Source: Candidatus Poribacteria bacterium
GTDB lineage: Bacteria > Poribacteria > WGA-4E > WGA-3G
Assembly (NCBI GenBank): GCA_028824125.1
Contig: JAPPES010000140.1
Coordinates: 29,359-93,358 of the forward strand
DNA: 64,000 bases
Reading direction: 5' to 3'
Shown: piece by piece, positions 54,125-62,502 of the stretch
Numbering within the stretch: the stretch's first letter is position 1
Layout of the letters: every line of letters starts with the position of its first letter
Program-made: the position numbers and the translations under genes
Notes under the pieces: generated by a model
Seen by the model: only the letters and a program-made list of their open reading frames with translations
Told to the model about the DNA's origin: nothing
Databases searched by the model: none

Positions 54125-54856
54125 TTAGACTTCCTTCTTCTTATGCCACATCCACTCAAAGTTATCCTGCGGTTGAAATCCTAAAATCCGTTTCGTCTTC
54201 ACATTTGAGAATTGCTGATGGGGCAAGTCTGCGAAGATATTGAAAATCTCACACTTTGATGGTAGTTCTTCCAGATCAATTTCCAGACCTAACCGAAACG
54301 CCTCACCTGCATCGCGCCAGCTAACGGAAAATGGGTTGAGATCGGTACCTTCTGCTTCATAGTTGAGGTCTTGGAAACTGAGAAATAGATAACAGAGAAC
54401 ATAGATGTCGTAATGTTCAGTAAATATCTTACAGATTTCCTGTCCAAGTCCTTTCGTTAACGGATAGAGGCCCGTGCTGGTATGCGGTGGCACATCAGGA
54501 TTGATTTCATAATCGTAGGAAGTATAACTCTCACCTTGGATGGTGAAATGCGGACCGGTATTGATAACGCGGCGGATGCCGTGTTCAACAGCAGCACGCA
54601 TCACATTATAACATCCACGCGTGCTAACATCAAATGCTAATTGCCGGTCATGACGAAGCACTGAGCAATTTATAATAGTGTCCATTCCCTCTGCTGCGTG
54701 CATCACTTGGTCTAATGACCCGACATCAATATGCATAGATTCATGTTTCGTCTCAATCTTATTTATGTCTGTTACGCGTAAGGTGTAATAGGGTTCCAAT
54801 GCCTTAACAACATGCGGACCGAGGTAACCGTTTCCACCTAAAATAAGAACTTTCAT
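54125..54856 (-). CDS. NAD-dependent epimerase/dehydratase family protein
   Basis: I chose the start at 54856 (MKVLILGGNGYLGPHV, GxxGxxG), which has a GGAGG Shine-Dalgarno. Confidence 0.8.
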   Translation of the reverse strand: MKVLILGGNGYLGPHVVKALEPYYTLRVTDINKIETKHESMHIDVGSLDQVMHAAEGMDTIINCSVLRHDRQLAFDVSTRGCYNVMRAAVEHGIRRVINTGPHFTIQGESYTSYDYEINPDVPPHTSTGLYPLTKGLGQEICKIFTEHYDIYVLCYLFLSFQDLNYEAEGTDLNPFSVSWRDAGEAFRLGLEIDLEELPSKCEIFNIFADLPHQQFSNVKTKRILGFQPQDNFEWMWHKKKEV

Positions 54857-54878
54857 TGCTATCTTTCCTCCGGGCCAG

Positions 54879-55598
54879 CTATTTTGTCGTTGGCACAAAT
54901 TGTGGATTGAATTTCAAATGTCCCTTCGCTTTTCCGATATTAAAACGGGAACCGGAAAATTCCGATTGGACATGAAAAATGCCCCATCTTGACGGTGCAT
55001 CAATTGCACCTTGAAATGCTGCGACTGCATCGTCTATTTCAAGCCACATGGCATTGAACGCCGCCTCAGATGCTTCTTCAGCAGTAGTAATTGTGCCAAG
55101 TCTAAGGCATGTAACTTGGATTTTTCCTTCCCGTGCGAATTCGCGACACGTGAATTCACCAAGGTGTTTTGCCAGTACGAAACTATCCGTACTCGGACGC
55201 GGTCTCCAATTCTCTTTAACAGTCCAATCTTCACCGTGTTGTTCAAACAAGCGGAGCGTGCTGGCATAGATAAAGTGTTGGACTCCTTCCTCCGATGCAG
55301 CCATCAATAAGTTATAGGTGCAGCGCGTCTGGTAATCAATCTCATAGTTCTCTGGTTGGTCGGATTTTGCTATCAAGTCAGATGGTATTTCTGCGATATG
55401 GACAATAGCGTCTATGCCCTTCACCAATTCGTTTGTCGACTCGTCGTGACCTAACGCACTCTGCACAAACTCACATCCATGTAAATTGGCGGTATCAACA
55501 GGTTGAAGTTCAGTTAGGCGGATCGTATGCGATTTAGATGCAGCGGCTGCTAATTTGTGTGCCAATTCAGAAGCTGCTGAGGTAATCAAAACTTTCAT
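54879..55598 (-). CDS. Epimerase/dehydratase-like protein with degenerate dinucleotide motif
   Basis: MKVLITSAASELAHKL stands in place of GxxGxxG. The rest resembles extended-SDR proteins. Confidence 0.6.
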   Translation of the reverse strand: MKVLITSAASELAHKLAAAASKSHTIRLTELQPVDTANLHGCEFVQSALGHDESTNELVKGIDAIVHIAEIPSDLIAKSDQPENYEIDYQTRCTYNLLMAASEEGVQHFIYASTLRLFEQHGEDWTVKENWRPRPSTDSFVLAKHLGEFTCREFAREGKIQVTCLRLGTITTAEEASEAAFNAMWLEIDDAVAAFQGAIDAPSRWGIFHVQSEFSGSRFNIGKAKGHLKFNPQFVPTTK

Positions 55599-55664
55599 AA
55601 GATTTCTCTCAAAATTTGGTTGATTTGTGGGATTATAGTAGATTACAGGAACGACACTATGACC

Positions 55665-55686
55665 GGCGAGGTTAGGAAACCTCGCC
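55665..55686. repeat. Family C palindrome (ggcgaggttaggaaacctcgcc)
   Basis: The stem cgaggtt/aacctcg is perfect. Other copies are at 32105, 56640, 56678, 58801, 58846-58903 (interrupted) and 60386. Variants occur at 2304, 9524 and 40443. Confidence 0.85.
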
Positions 55687-55745
55687 TACCGTGTGGAGGT
55701 TGCTATCCATTGAAATGCCTACCTATTCTATAATTCACTATAGTT

Positions 55746-56156
55746 TTACAAAGCCTTTCTGATTTTGTCTGCAATGTTACTGATCTCTTCAATATTTCCT
55801 TCACCCCTCGGTTGCCAAAGTGGCTGCAATGAATCTGCTTTCCATCGCGGAATGAGGTGCAGATGAAAATGGAAAACCGTCTGAAATCCGGCTGGTTCGT
55901 TATTTTGAATTAGGTTGAGACCATCTGGGTTTAGTGCCTCACGAATCGCTGCAGCAATCGGGATTGCGACTTCCATTATTTTACTGCCTACTTCAGCAGG
56001 TATATCAAAGATATTCCGATAGTGCTGCTTCGGTATAATCACTAAATGTCCCGGGTTTGCTGGGGCAATATCCATAAAAGCAAAAACGTGTTCGTCATCA
56101 TATACTTTTGCAGAGGGAATTTGGCCTTCAGCAATCGCACAAAAGATACATTCCAT
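55746..56156 (-). CDS. HIT-family (histidine triad) protein
   Basis: The HxHxHxx motif is HFHLHLIP. The N-terminus is CIFCAI. Confidence 0.9.
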   Translation of the reverse strand: MECIFCAIAEGQIPSAKVYDDEHVFAFMDIAPANPGHLVIIPKQHYRNIFDIPAEVGSKIMEVAIPIAAAIREALNPDGLNLIQNNEPAGFQTVFHFHLHLIPRWKADSLQPLWQPRGEGNIEEISNIADKIRKAL

Positions 56157-56408
56157 TAATTCGTATCCTCACAAGAATTTTGGGTAATTTTAGCAAATTC
56201 GGATTTGAATATCAAGAATAAATATGAGTTCGTTTACGGGTGTGTAAAGTTTTGTCACCCTTTTTCAGAATCGCGCGTCAGAAACCCACCCACTCACTGC
56301 ACAGCATGCCAATATTGTGCAGCTGCAAACGGCCGCTGCACATTTTTGTGCAACAAATTGGTAGCATATCGGTTTAGGCGTTGGCATATAAATTGCGTAT
56401 TGCATAGG

Positions 56409-56700
56409 AGTAGGCACACGCTGCGGGGAATGCCTAAATGGCATTCATACCGTTGATTTGGTGCCGTCCGCCCGTGCGTGTTGTCTGAATAGCGGATTAC
56501 GCAGAAGACGCGGAGGGGGTATGAAGGACTCCCAAATTCTTGTTTAAAATGTGCTGTAATTTTTTGAAAAGGCACTTATTTTGCCAAACCCCTTTCCGTG
56601 TCATCCGCGTAATCCGCGTAATCCGCGATTCAGACAAGAGGCGAGGTTAGAAACCTCGCCAGCGGCCTGTTTTCTTGCTGGCGAGGTTTCCTAACCTCGC
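56409..56700. repeat. Composite element: family B' hairpin + TIR-bounded family D module + inverted pair of family C cores
   Basis: Components are: gtaggcacacgctgcggggaatgcctaaatggcattcataccgttgatttggtgccgtcc...; ctgaatagcggat (56485) to atccgcgattcag (56633), including the tandem atccgcgta x2; and ggcgaggttagaaacctcgccagc...gctggcgaggtttcctaacctcgc. Confidence 0.85.
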
Positions 56701-56770
56701 TCTATTACAGACAACAAGAACCGAAAAAACATGCCAATTTCAGCTAATTACAATTTTTTTAAAATTTAAT

Positions 56771-56799
56771 TTGACATTTTACTGTTTATGTTTTATAAT
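56771..56799 (+). promoter_or_regulatory. Perfect sigma70 consensus promoter (TTGACA-17-TATAAT)
   Basis: TTGACA is at 56771-56776 and TATAAT at 56794-56799. It lies ~235 nt upstream of the 57033 start. Confidence 0.6.
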
Positions 56800-56986
56800 A
56801 CTAATCATATTCAATTATTACTGTTGAAAGTTGGGTACCCACCTTTCTAAATTGAACTTTAGACAGTAGTAATTGAATAACAGGGTGCCCGTTGTGTTTT
56901 AAAGGGGTACCCGAAAGGAATGAGAACGCGACACGCTGATCACGTGTAGCAGAACCTATGTTGTCCGTAGCGCTCTAACGTAAGGA

Positions 56987-57032
56987 ATCTAAAACAAGGA
57001 GATATCGAAATCTAAAACAAGGAGATATCGAA
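56987..57032 (+). repeat. Exact 23-bp tandem duplication containing the Shine-Dalgarno
   Basis: The unit atctaaaacaaggagatatcgaa occurs twice (56987-57009 and 57010-57032), immediately before the ATG at 57033. Confidence 0.9.
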
Positions 57033-58484
57033 ATGAAAAGTAATTTATTTTCGAACAAACTTTTTCTGGGTGGGCTCATAATATGTTGTCTAATTCTCAC
57101 CCTTGGTGTTTATTTCATGATTATTCCCGAAAAACCTGCTGTGCGGGGCCACCCGCCCGCAAATCAGGATAAAGGTGTGATTTATATTCGGGATGAAAAG
57201 GGTCAAACCGTTCCGTCAACAAAGACGTATACCGCGCCCAAAGCCAAAGACGCTGATCTTCAATCTGATACCTCAATCTATCATAGAGGGAAGACAATTC
57301 CGAAACTGACAGAACAGGATATGTGGGTTGCGATGATGACATGGCATCAAGGGCCACAAACTGTTGAGGCGCTCATGGAATCTTATCATGTTGTGTATCT
57401 CCAAAGTAAACGGCGTAGAGAGATAGATATGAGAGTTCCGCCCGAACAGTGGCTGCAAAGTGTGCTGGATAAAGGTTACACAATCCTCAATTATGATGAA
57501 TATATTCGTTATATGGATGCGAGAACTGCAACGGATATTCTTGACGATCCACAGGTAAGGCAGCCATATTTAGAGGCATTTGGAATTCCTGAAACAGAAA
57601 TAGAGAGACTCCAAAAAATATATATTGAAAACGAGTTTATTCGCATAGCACGCGAACACGCCATGAAGCGTGCATCCACTGAACCTATTGCATTCGGTAT
57701 CCATATTGCAGACAAGGTTCTCCCTATTTACAAGAATCGGGATGTCGTCTACGTGCAACGCCACGAAAGTGGTGCTCAGTATATCGGCAAGAAACTCACC
57801 ACTGAGCAAAGGTTTAATCTTCTCTTTAGAGGGATTGAACCGGAAGACATTGAGGTTATCTACATTGATGAATTGGGCAATCAACTATCAAAGAAACCGA
57901 AACCGATCACCCGCGAAGAGGTTCGCAAAATGATGTCAGAAGGGGAAGTCCCGCCTCCGAAAGAGTGGTGGGATCCAGATGCCCCTGTCCCAGACGTTGA
58001 AGAGTTTGAAGAGTTCCTGCCCCCGGAAAGGGATACCGATTTGGATTTCGAAAGACGACGCGAGCGGGAAGAGTTCGAACGTGCGCGCGAAGAGTTTGAA
58101 CGACACGCAGCAGAAGTGGAACGGCAACCTGAGTTTGAAAGGTTTCTGCGGGAGGTTCGGCAACTTGAGAAATTTGCGACGATGTCGGATGCAGAGATTG
58201 CAGCCGAACTTGAAAAACAGCTGCGTCAACAATTGCTACCTGGGGCCTCAACGGAGGCAAGTCTTGAGGACGCAGTCCGTGAAAAGATCCCCCAAAAACC
58301 GCTGACCTCAGAGCGATTTAACAAGGCGAAGCAAATTTTGCAGAACTACGGCCCCAAAGAGGGGTTGCGGCGCCTCACAGAGGCGGACCCCGAACTCGCT
58401 GAGTATTTCCGCAGAAATCCACAAAAGGTGCCGCCGCCAAAACGTTCACAGCCTTCAAACGCTGAGGACTCCCAGGAGGAGTAA
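57033..58484 (+). CDS. Membrane-anchored hypothetical protein with Glu/Arg/Phe-rich repeat region
   Basis: An N-terminal TM helix is present (LFLGGLIICCLILTLGVYFMII). The charged repeat region is REEFERAREEFERHAAEVERQPEFERF. I recognise no family. Confidence 0.7.
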   Translation: MKSNLFSNKLFLGGLIICCLILTLGVYFMIIPEKPAVRGHPPANQDKGVIYIRDEKGQTVPSTKTYTAPKAKDADLQSDTSIYHRGKTIPKLTEQDMWVAMMTWHQGPQTVEALMESYHVVYLQSKRRREIDMRVPPEQWLQSVLDKGYTILNYDEYIRYMDARTATDILDDPQVRQPYLEAFGIPETEIERLQKIYIENEFIRIAREHAMKRASTEPIAFGIHIADKVLPIYKNRDVVYVQRHESGAQYIGKKLTTEQRFNLLFRGIEPEDIEVIYIDELGNQLSKKPKPITREEVRKMMSEGEVPPPKEWWDPDAPVPDVEEFEEFLPPERDTDLDFERRREREEFERAREEFERHAAEVERQPEFERFLREVRQLEKFATMSDAEIAAELEKQLRQQLLPGASTEASLEDAVREKIPQKPLTSERFNKAKQILQNYGPKEGLRRLTEADPELAEYFRRNPQKVPPPKRSQPSNAEDSQEE

Positions 58485-58488
58485 CCTT

Positions 58489-58788
58489 ATGAAAAACATG
58501 TACATCTTGTCCAGTATCACCATCATCGCTGTTGTCGGCATCCTTGTCTGCTGTGTCAGTTACACACGCGGTACAGCGGCGATAGACACATCCGGACAAA
58601 CGTCCACGGTGACATCTAAACAAGCGTTAAAGAAGAAATCCTGTCCATGTTGTGATGAGAAACAGAAGCGCACGCGCAAAATGATGCGTCAATGGCTCAA
58701 CGAAAAACCACAGGAAAATCCTTCAAACAAAGAGGTTTCTGTGACAGCCGCAGACCCCGAACAAACACAAATGAAGATTAAAAAATAA
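58489..58788 (+). CDS. Small membrane-anchored Lys-rich protein with CPCC motif
   Basis: The gene starts 4 nt after the upstream stop. A TM helix (ILSSITIIAVVGILVCCV) is followed by KKKSCPCCDEKQKRTRK. Confidence 0.5.
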   Translation: MKNMYILSSITIIAVVGILVCCVSYTRGTAAIDTSGQTSTVTSKQALKKKSCPCCDEKQKRTRKMMRQWLNEKPQENPSNKEVSVTAADPEQTQMKIKK

Positions 58789-58800
58789 ATTGGATAATTT

Positions 58801-58903
58801 GATGAGGTTAGGAAACCTCACCAGCAGAGATGTACACCTGCTGCTGGCGAGGCGGGGAATGCCTAAATGGCATTCATACCGTTGATTTCTTCCTAACCTC
58901 GCC
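58801..58903. repeat. Family C pair with a family B' module inserted into the second copy
   Basis: gatgaggttaggaaacctcaccagcag...ctgctgctggcgagg [cggggaatgcctaaatggcattcataccgttgattt] cttcctaacctcgcc. Confidence 0.8.
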
Positions 58904-59031
58904 CCCTTACCGAAATATTTATTTAAACTTCATAAGTGTTCGGTAAATGTAAGAGAACAGTTCTCTTGCAAATTCTAAACCTAATCCAATGTGATTAGAG
59001 ATAGCATATATTTTACAAAAGGAGAATCGAA

Positions 59032-60033
59032 ATGATTTCAATGAGAAGTTTCTTAACACGTAATGCGTTTTACCTATTCAGTGTCCTCCTATTGACAATT
59101 ATCACTGTGCAAATTGTGATGGCACCTCAACTCAATGCCCATGAAGTCGGGAAAAAAAAGGGTCCGCCCCCGCTGCCGATGCTCACTGTCGAAGCGTGTA
59201 CAGGTTCAGGCAATGCCTCACTATCCGTTGATCCATCTATTGTCAATTGGGATACTCTAACTTTAGAGGATCATGGAACACTATTTGAAGGAACGGCTAC
59301 AGGACATACTGAACAGAAAAGAATTACAAGTGTGGAGTATAAGAGGGATGAAAATGGTCAAACCGTTCCGATACACTTAAATCACAAAAAGATTTTGGCT
59401 CAAGTAGCATTCGGTGATATCAGTATAACTGGCGGGCTTACCGCTGCACAAGTTATAAGTCTGTATAAGGGAAAATCCAAGCCGACACCTCAACTACATA
59501 AAGAGGATGCGTCCTTAGATGATTGGTTTTCTCTGAGGAGCGCCAGCTCTGCTGGTTGTGCAGGCAATTTAGGTGGCCATCACGACGATGCCGCAGCCAA
59601 CTATGAAAGTTTCATGGTTTTGGGTTTTCCAGTCTGTGATGGCACTAATCACCGTGGAGATGGTGCTAATAATGGCGGCGGTGAAGAGGCGAACAATTTT
59701 GTAGCTCCCGATCCCCCCACCCTCGGCATCACCCTTGCTAATTCCGATCAAACTTTCGAACCGGGCGATAGTGTGACATTGGATATCGTTACAGCGGATC
59801 CGTTTTATGACATTAGTTGGTATGTGCATACGCCCTGGGACACAAGCTCCTCCGGCACATACTTGCAAAACAGCTCAGGAGATGGAACGTCAACGTCAGC
59901 GAGCCTCTCCTACACATTTCCCAGTGGTGCCATGCATACTGGGGATTTTGTGTTTAGAGCATACGTTTACAAGTGGTCCGACATGTCTTATGTCGGTGAG
60001 GAAACGTATACGGTGTCCGTCTCCAGCGAGTAA
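59032..60033 (+). CDS. Secreted hypothetical protein
   Basis: The signal/anchor is AFYLFSVLLLTIITVQIVMA, preceded by an AAGGAG Shine-Dalgarno. The local motif KRDENGQTVP is shared with the 57033 protein (IRDEKGQTVP). The C-terminus looks Ig-like and beta-rich. Confidence 0.65.
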   Translation: MISMRSFLTRNAFYLFSVLLLTIITVQIVMAPQLNAHEVGKKKGPPPLPMLTVEACTGSGNASLSVDPSIVNWDTLTLEDHGTLFEGTATGHTEQKRITSVEYKRDENGQTVPIHLNHKKILAQVAFGDISITGGLTAAQVISLYKGKSKPTPQLHKEDASLDDWFSLRSASSAGCAGNLGGHHDDAAANYESFMVLGFPVCDGTNHRGDGANNGGGEEANNFVAPDPPTLGITLANSDQTFEPGDSVTLDIVTADPFYDISWYVHTPWDTSSSGTYLQNSSGDGTSTSASLSYTFPSGAMHTGDFVFRAYVYKWSDMSYVGEETYTVSVSSE

Positions 60034-60119
60034 AGACTACAACTCAGACTGTTCTCTGTGTGTTTTGTATAGCACACAGTCGTGTTCTCAGTGTGAATAA
60101 CATCACGTTTTAACTTTAC

Positions 60120-60160
60120 AGGCAGGTATCCGTTCTGGGTATCTGCCTTTTTCTTTTTTC
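60120..60160 (+). terminator. Intrinsic terminator (12-bp stem, U-tract)
   Basis: aggcaggtatcc-gttct-gggtatctgcct forms a stem with two G-U pairs and is followed by ttttcttttttc. It lies ~85 nt after the 60033 stop. Confidence 0.65.
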
Positions 60161-60197
60161 TTTTGTCTTTTGTACCGTAATCTTTTAGATTGCGTTT

Positions 60198-60407
60198 TGT
60201 AGCACAAACTGGAAAGTTTGTGCTACATTCTTTAGTGTCTGAATTGCGGATTACACGGATTTCGCAGAAGACGCGGATTATGTCTAACCACTGTATAAGC
60301 ATACAGCCAAAAGGATAAATGGACGCGTGGACACGTGAAAAACGGCTTGGCAGCTCCAACATCCCTTTCCGCGATTCAGATAAGAGGCGAGGTTTCCTAA
60401 CCTCGCC
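60198..60407. repeat. Composite repeat block (family E palindrome, TIR-bounded family D module with different cargo, family C core)
   Basis: Components are: tgtagcacaaactggaaagtttgtgctaca (60198-60227); ctgaattgcggattacacgg (60239-) to ccgcgattcag (-60378); and ggcgaggtttcctaacctcgcc (60386-60407). Confidence 0.8.
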
Positions 60408-60578
60408 AAATTACCGATTTATTTTTTTATCTTCATTCAAGGGGGAATGCGTCCATCCTGTACCAAAAACTTTACACACCTTTCGTTTACGCGTGAATTG
60501 CGCAAATCAGGAACTTCTGCTAACATATTGAGTCCGTAGCAAGATTTTATTTTCGTCATTAGGAAAAGGAGAGTAACA

Positions 60579-61460
60579 ATGTCTACACAACATGATCAAG
60601 GCGGACTTACAGAAGAACAGAAACAACAATTTCAGGACGATGGATTTTTGCATATCCGAAATCTGCTATCTAACCAAGCGCTTCAACCTCTGATTGATGA
60701 ATTAACTAAAAAAGTTGATGATGGTACTCAGGCGGCAGTGAAAGCAGGGGTTCTTGATCCATCAAATACTTATGATGATGAACCTTTTGAAACGAGATTG
60801 GGCATGGTATCAAGTGCCTGTGCCGATCCGAACTGGATTTGGAGTAACTATTTCCGCGACCAAAAAATCCGTACTGCTGGCATGTTCACGCTCAGAACAG
60901 CACCCGAATTGCTTGACGTTGTCGGTTCACTGATTGGTCAGGAGATATTTGCACATCCACAGTTTAATTATCGGGCAAAACTGCCAAATCAGGATATCAC
61001 TGTGATTCCATGGCATCAAGATTTGGCGTATCTTATCCCTGAAGAAGCTGGGGACACTCTGGTTGTGAACGTTTGGCTGCCATTGGTAAAAGCTTATGAA
61101 GAGAACGGATGTATGCAGCTCATCCGAGGTTCACACCGCTTCAATCTAATTAACCACAACTATCAGGAGCCGACACCAGGTCATACGGGCGGTAAAGGTA
61201 TTAGTGAAGCGGAATTGCCACATGGTGACATCGTTACTGCTGAGCTTGATGTTGGTGATGTTTTATTGACGACTGAGCGGGTTGTCCATCGTGGGTTACC
61301 GAACCGTGGAAAAACGGTCAGGTGGAGTGTAGATACGCGCTATAGCCAAATTGGCCTGCCGACCGGGCGCGCACATGTGCCAGGTTTTGTCGCTCGGAGT
61401 GTGAAAAATCCGGAAAGTGTTGCAATGTCGCATCATGATTGGAATCGGCAATTTGCATAG
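60579..61460 (+). CDS. Phytanoyl-CoA dioxygenase (PhyH) family protein
   Basis: Motifs are FQDDGFLHIRN, the HxD in IPWHQDLAYL, and the distal His in RVVHRGLPN. A GGAGAG Shine-Dalgarno lies upstream. Confidence 0.8.
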   Translation: MSTQHDQGGLTEEQKQQFQDDGFLHIRNLLSNQALQPLIDELTKKVDDGTQAAVKAGVLDPSNTYDDEPFETRLGMVSSACADPNWIWSNYFRDQKIRTAGMFTLRTAPELLDVVGSLIGQEIFAHPQFNYRAKLPNQDITVIPWHQDLAYLIPEEAGDTLVVNVWLPLVKAYEENGCMQLIRGSHRFNLINHNYQEPTPGHTGGKGISEAELPHGDIVTAELDVGDVLLTTERVVHRGLPNRGKTVRWSVDTRYSQIGLPTGRAHVPGFVARSVKNPESVAMSHHDWNRQFA

Positions 61461-61470
61461 GTATAAATTT

Positions 61471-62454
61471 TCAAATTTCGTATCTAACTAACTTACGCGC
61501 AGCATCAACAATCTGTTCTGTATCTGGAATAACAAAGTTCTCCATCACGGGAGCGAAAGGGACAGGCACTGGCGCAGCAGCGACACGTTCAATCGGTGCG
61601 TCGAGATAGTCAAATACTTCACGAACAACAAGCGCAGCGATCTCGGCACCGAACCCAGCTCTACCCACTGCCTCATGCGCAATTAACAGACGATTCGTTT
61701 TCTTGACAGAGTCAAAAATGGTTTCTTTGTCAAGCGGCATCAACGTCCTCGGATCGACGACTTCTGCTGAAATGCCTTCTTCCGCGAGTTCATCTGCAGC
61801 GGCAAGTGCTTTCAAAACCATACGTGATGTCGCTAAAATTGTTATATCTTCACCTTCACGTTTAACATCCGCTTCTCCCAACGGAATCGTATACTCTTCA
61901 TCGGGAATCTCACCCTCTTCAGTGTAGAGCAGTTTATGTTCAATAAACATAATCGGGTTATCGTTTCGGATAGCGGTTTTTAGTAAACCTTTCGCATCAT
62001 AGGGAGTAGCAGGCATCACAACGAGGAGTCCCGGAATATGTACAAACCACGCTTCAAGGCTCTGTGCGTGCTGTGCAGCAGAAGAACGCCCCGCGCCACC
62101 TTGTGTGCGAATAACAAGCGGGACATCTAACTGTCCACCTACCATATAGCGAATTTTTGCCACTTGATTCACAATCTGATCCATACCAACCGCCGTGAAG
62201 TCAATGTACATGAGTTCAGCGACAGGACGCATGCCTGTAACAGCGGCACCGAGTGCCGTTCCGATGATGGCAGCTTCAGAAATTGGTGTGTTTCGGATGC
62301 GATCCTTTCCAAATTGTTTAAAAAGCCCATCCGTGACCTTGTATGCCCCGCCATACTCAGCAATATCTTCCCCCATAAGAAAGACTGCATCGTCGCGTTC
62401 CATTTCCTCTATCAGTGCCTCTTTTAGCGCATCACGATAGGTAATTGTTTTCAT
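61471..62454 (-). CDS. 2-oxoacid (pyruvate/acetoin-type) dehydrogenase E1 component beta subunit
   Basis: MKTITYRDALKEALIEEMERDDAVFLMGEDIAEYGGAYKVTDGL...NTPISEAAIIGTALGAA is typical of E1-beta. I chose the start at 62454. Confidence 0.9.
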   Translation of the reverse strand: MKTITYRDALKEALIEEMERDDAVFLMGEDIAEYGGAYKVTDGLFKQFGKDRIRNTPISEAAIIGTALGAAVTGMRPVAELMYIDFTAVGMDQIVNQVAKIRYMVGGQLDVPLVIRTQGGAGRSSAAQHAQSLEAWFVHIPGLLVVMPATPYDAKGLLKTAIRNDNPIMFIEHKLLYTEEGEIPDEEYTIPLGEADVKREGEDITILATSRMVLKALAAADELAEEGISAEVVDPRTLMPLDKETIFDSVKKTNRLLIAHEAVGRAGFGAEIAALVVREVFDYLDAPIERVAAAPVPVPFAPVMENFVIPDTEQIVDAARKLVRYEI

Positions 62455-62502
62455 GATTAGTTTATTCCTTTCAGGTTCGTTTTTAGTTCTCTTGCTTTCC
62501 AT

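Noticed and set aside
36733-60407. I considered whether the recurring short palindromic repeats (families A-E) form a CRISPR array.
   Set aside because: The copies are kilobases apart in different intergenic regions and belong to several unrelated sequence families in mixed orientations. They are not separated by uniform spacers. No cas genes are visible.
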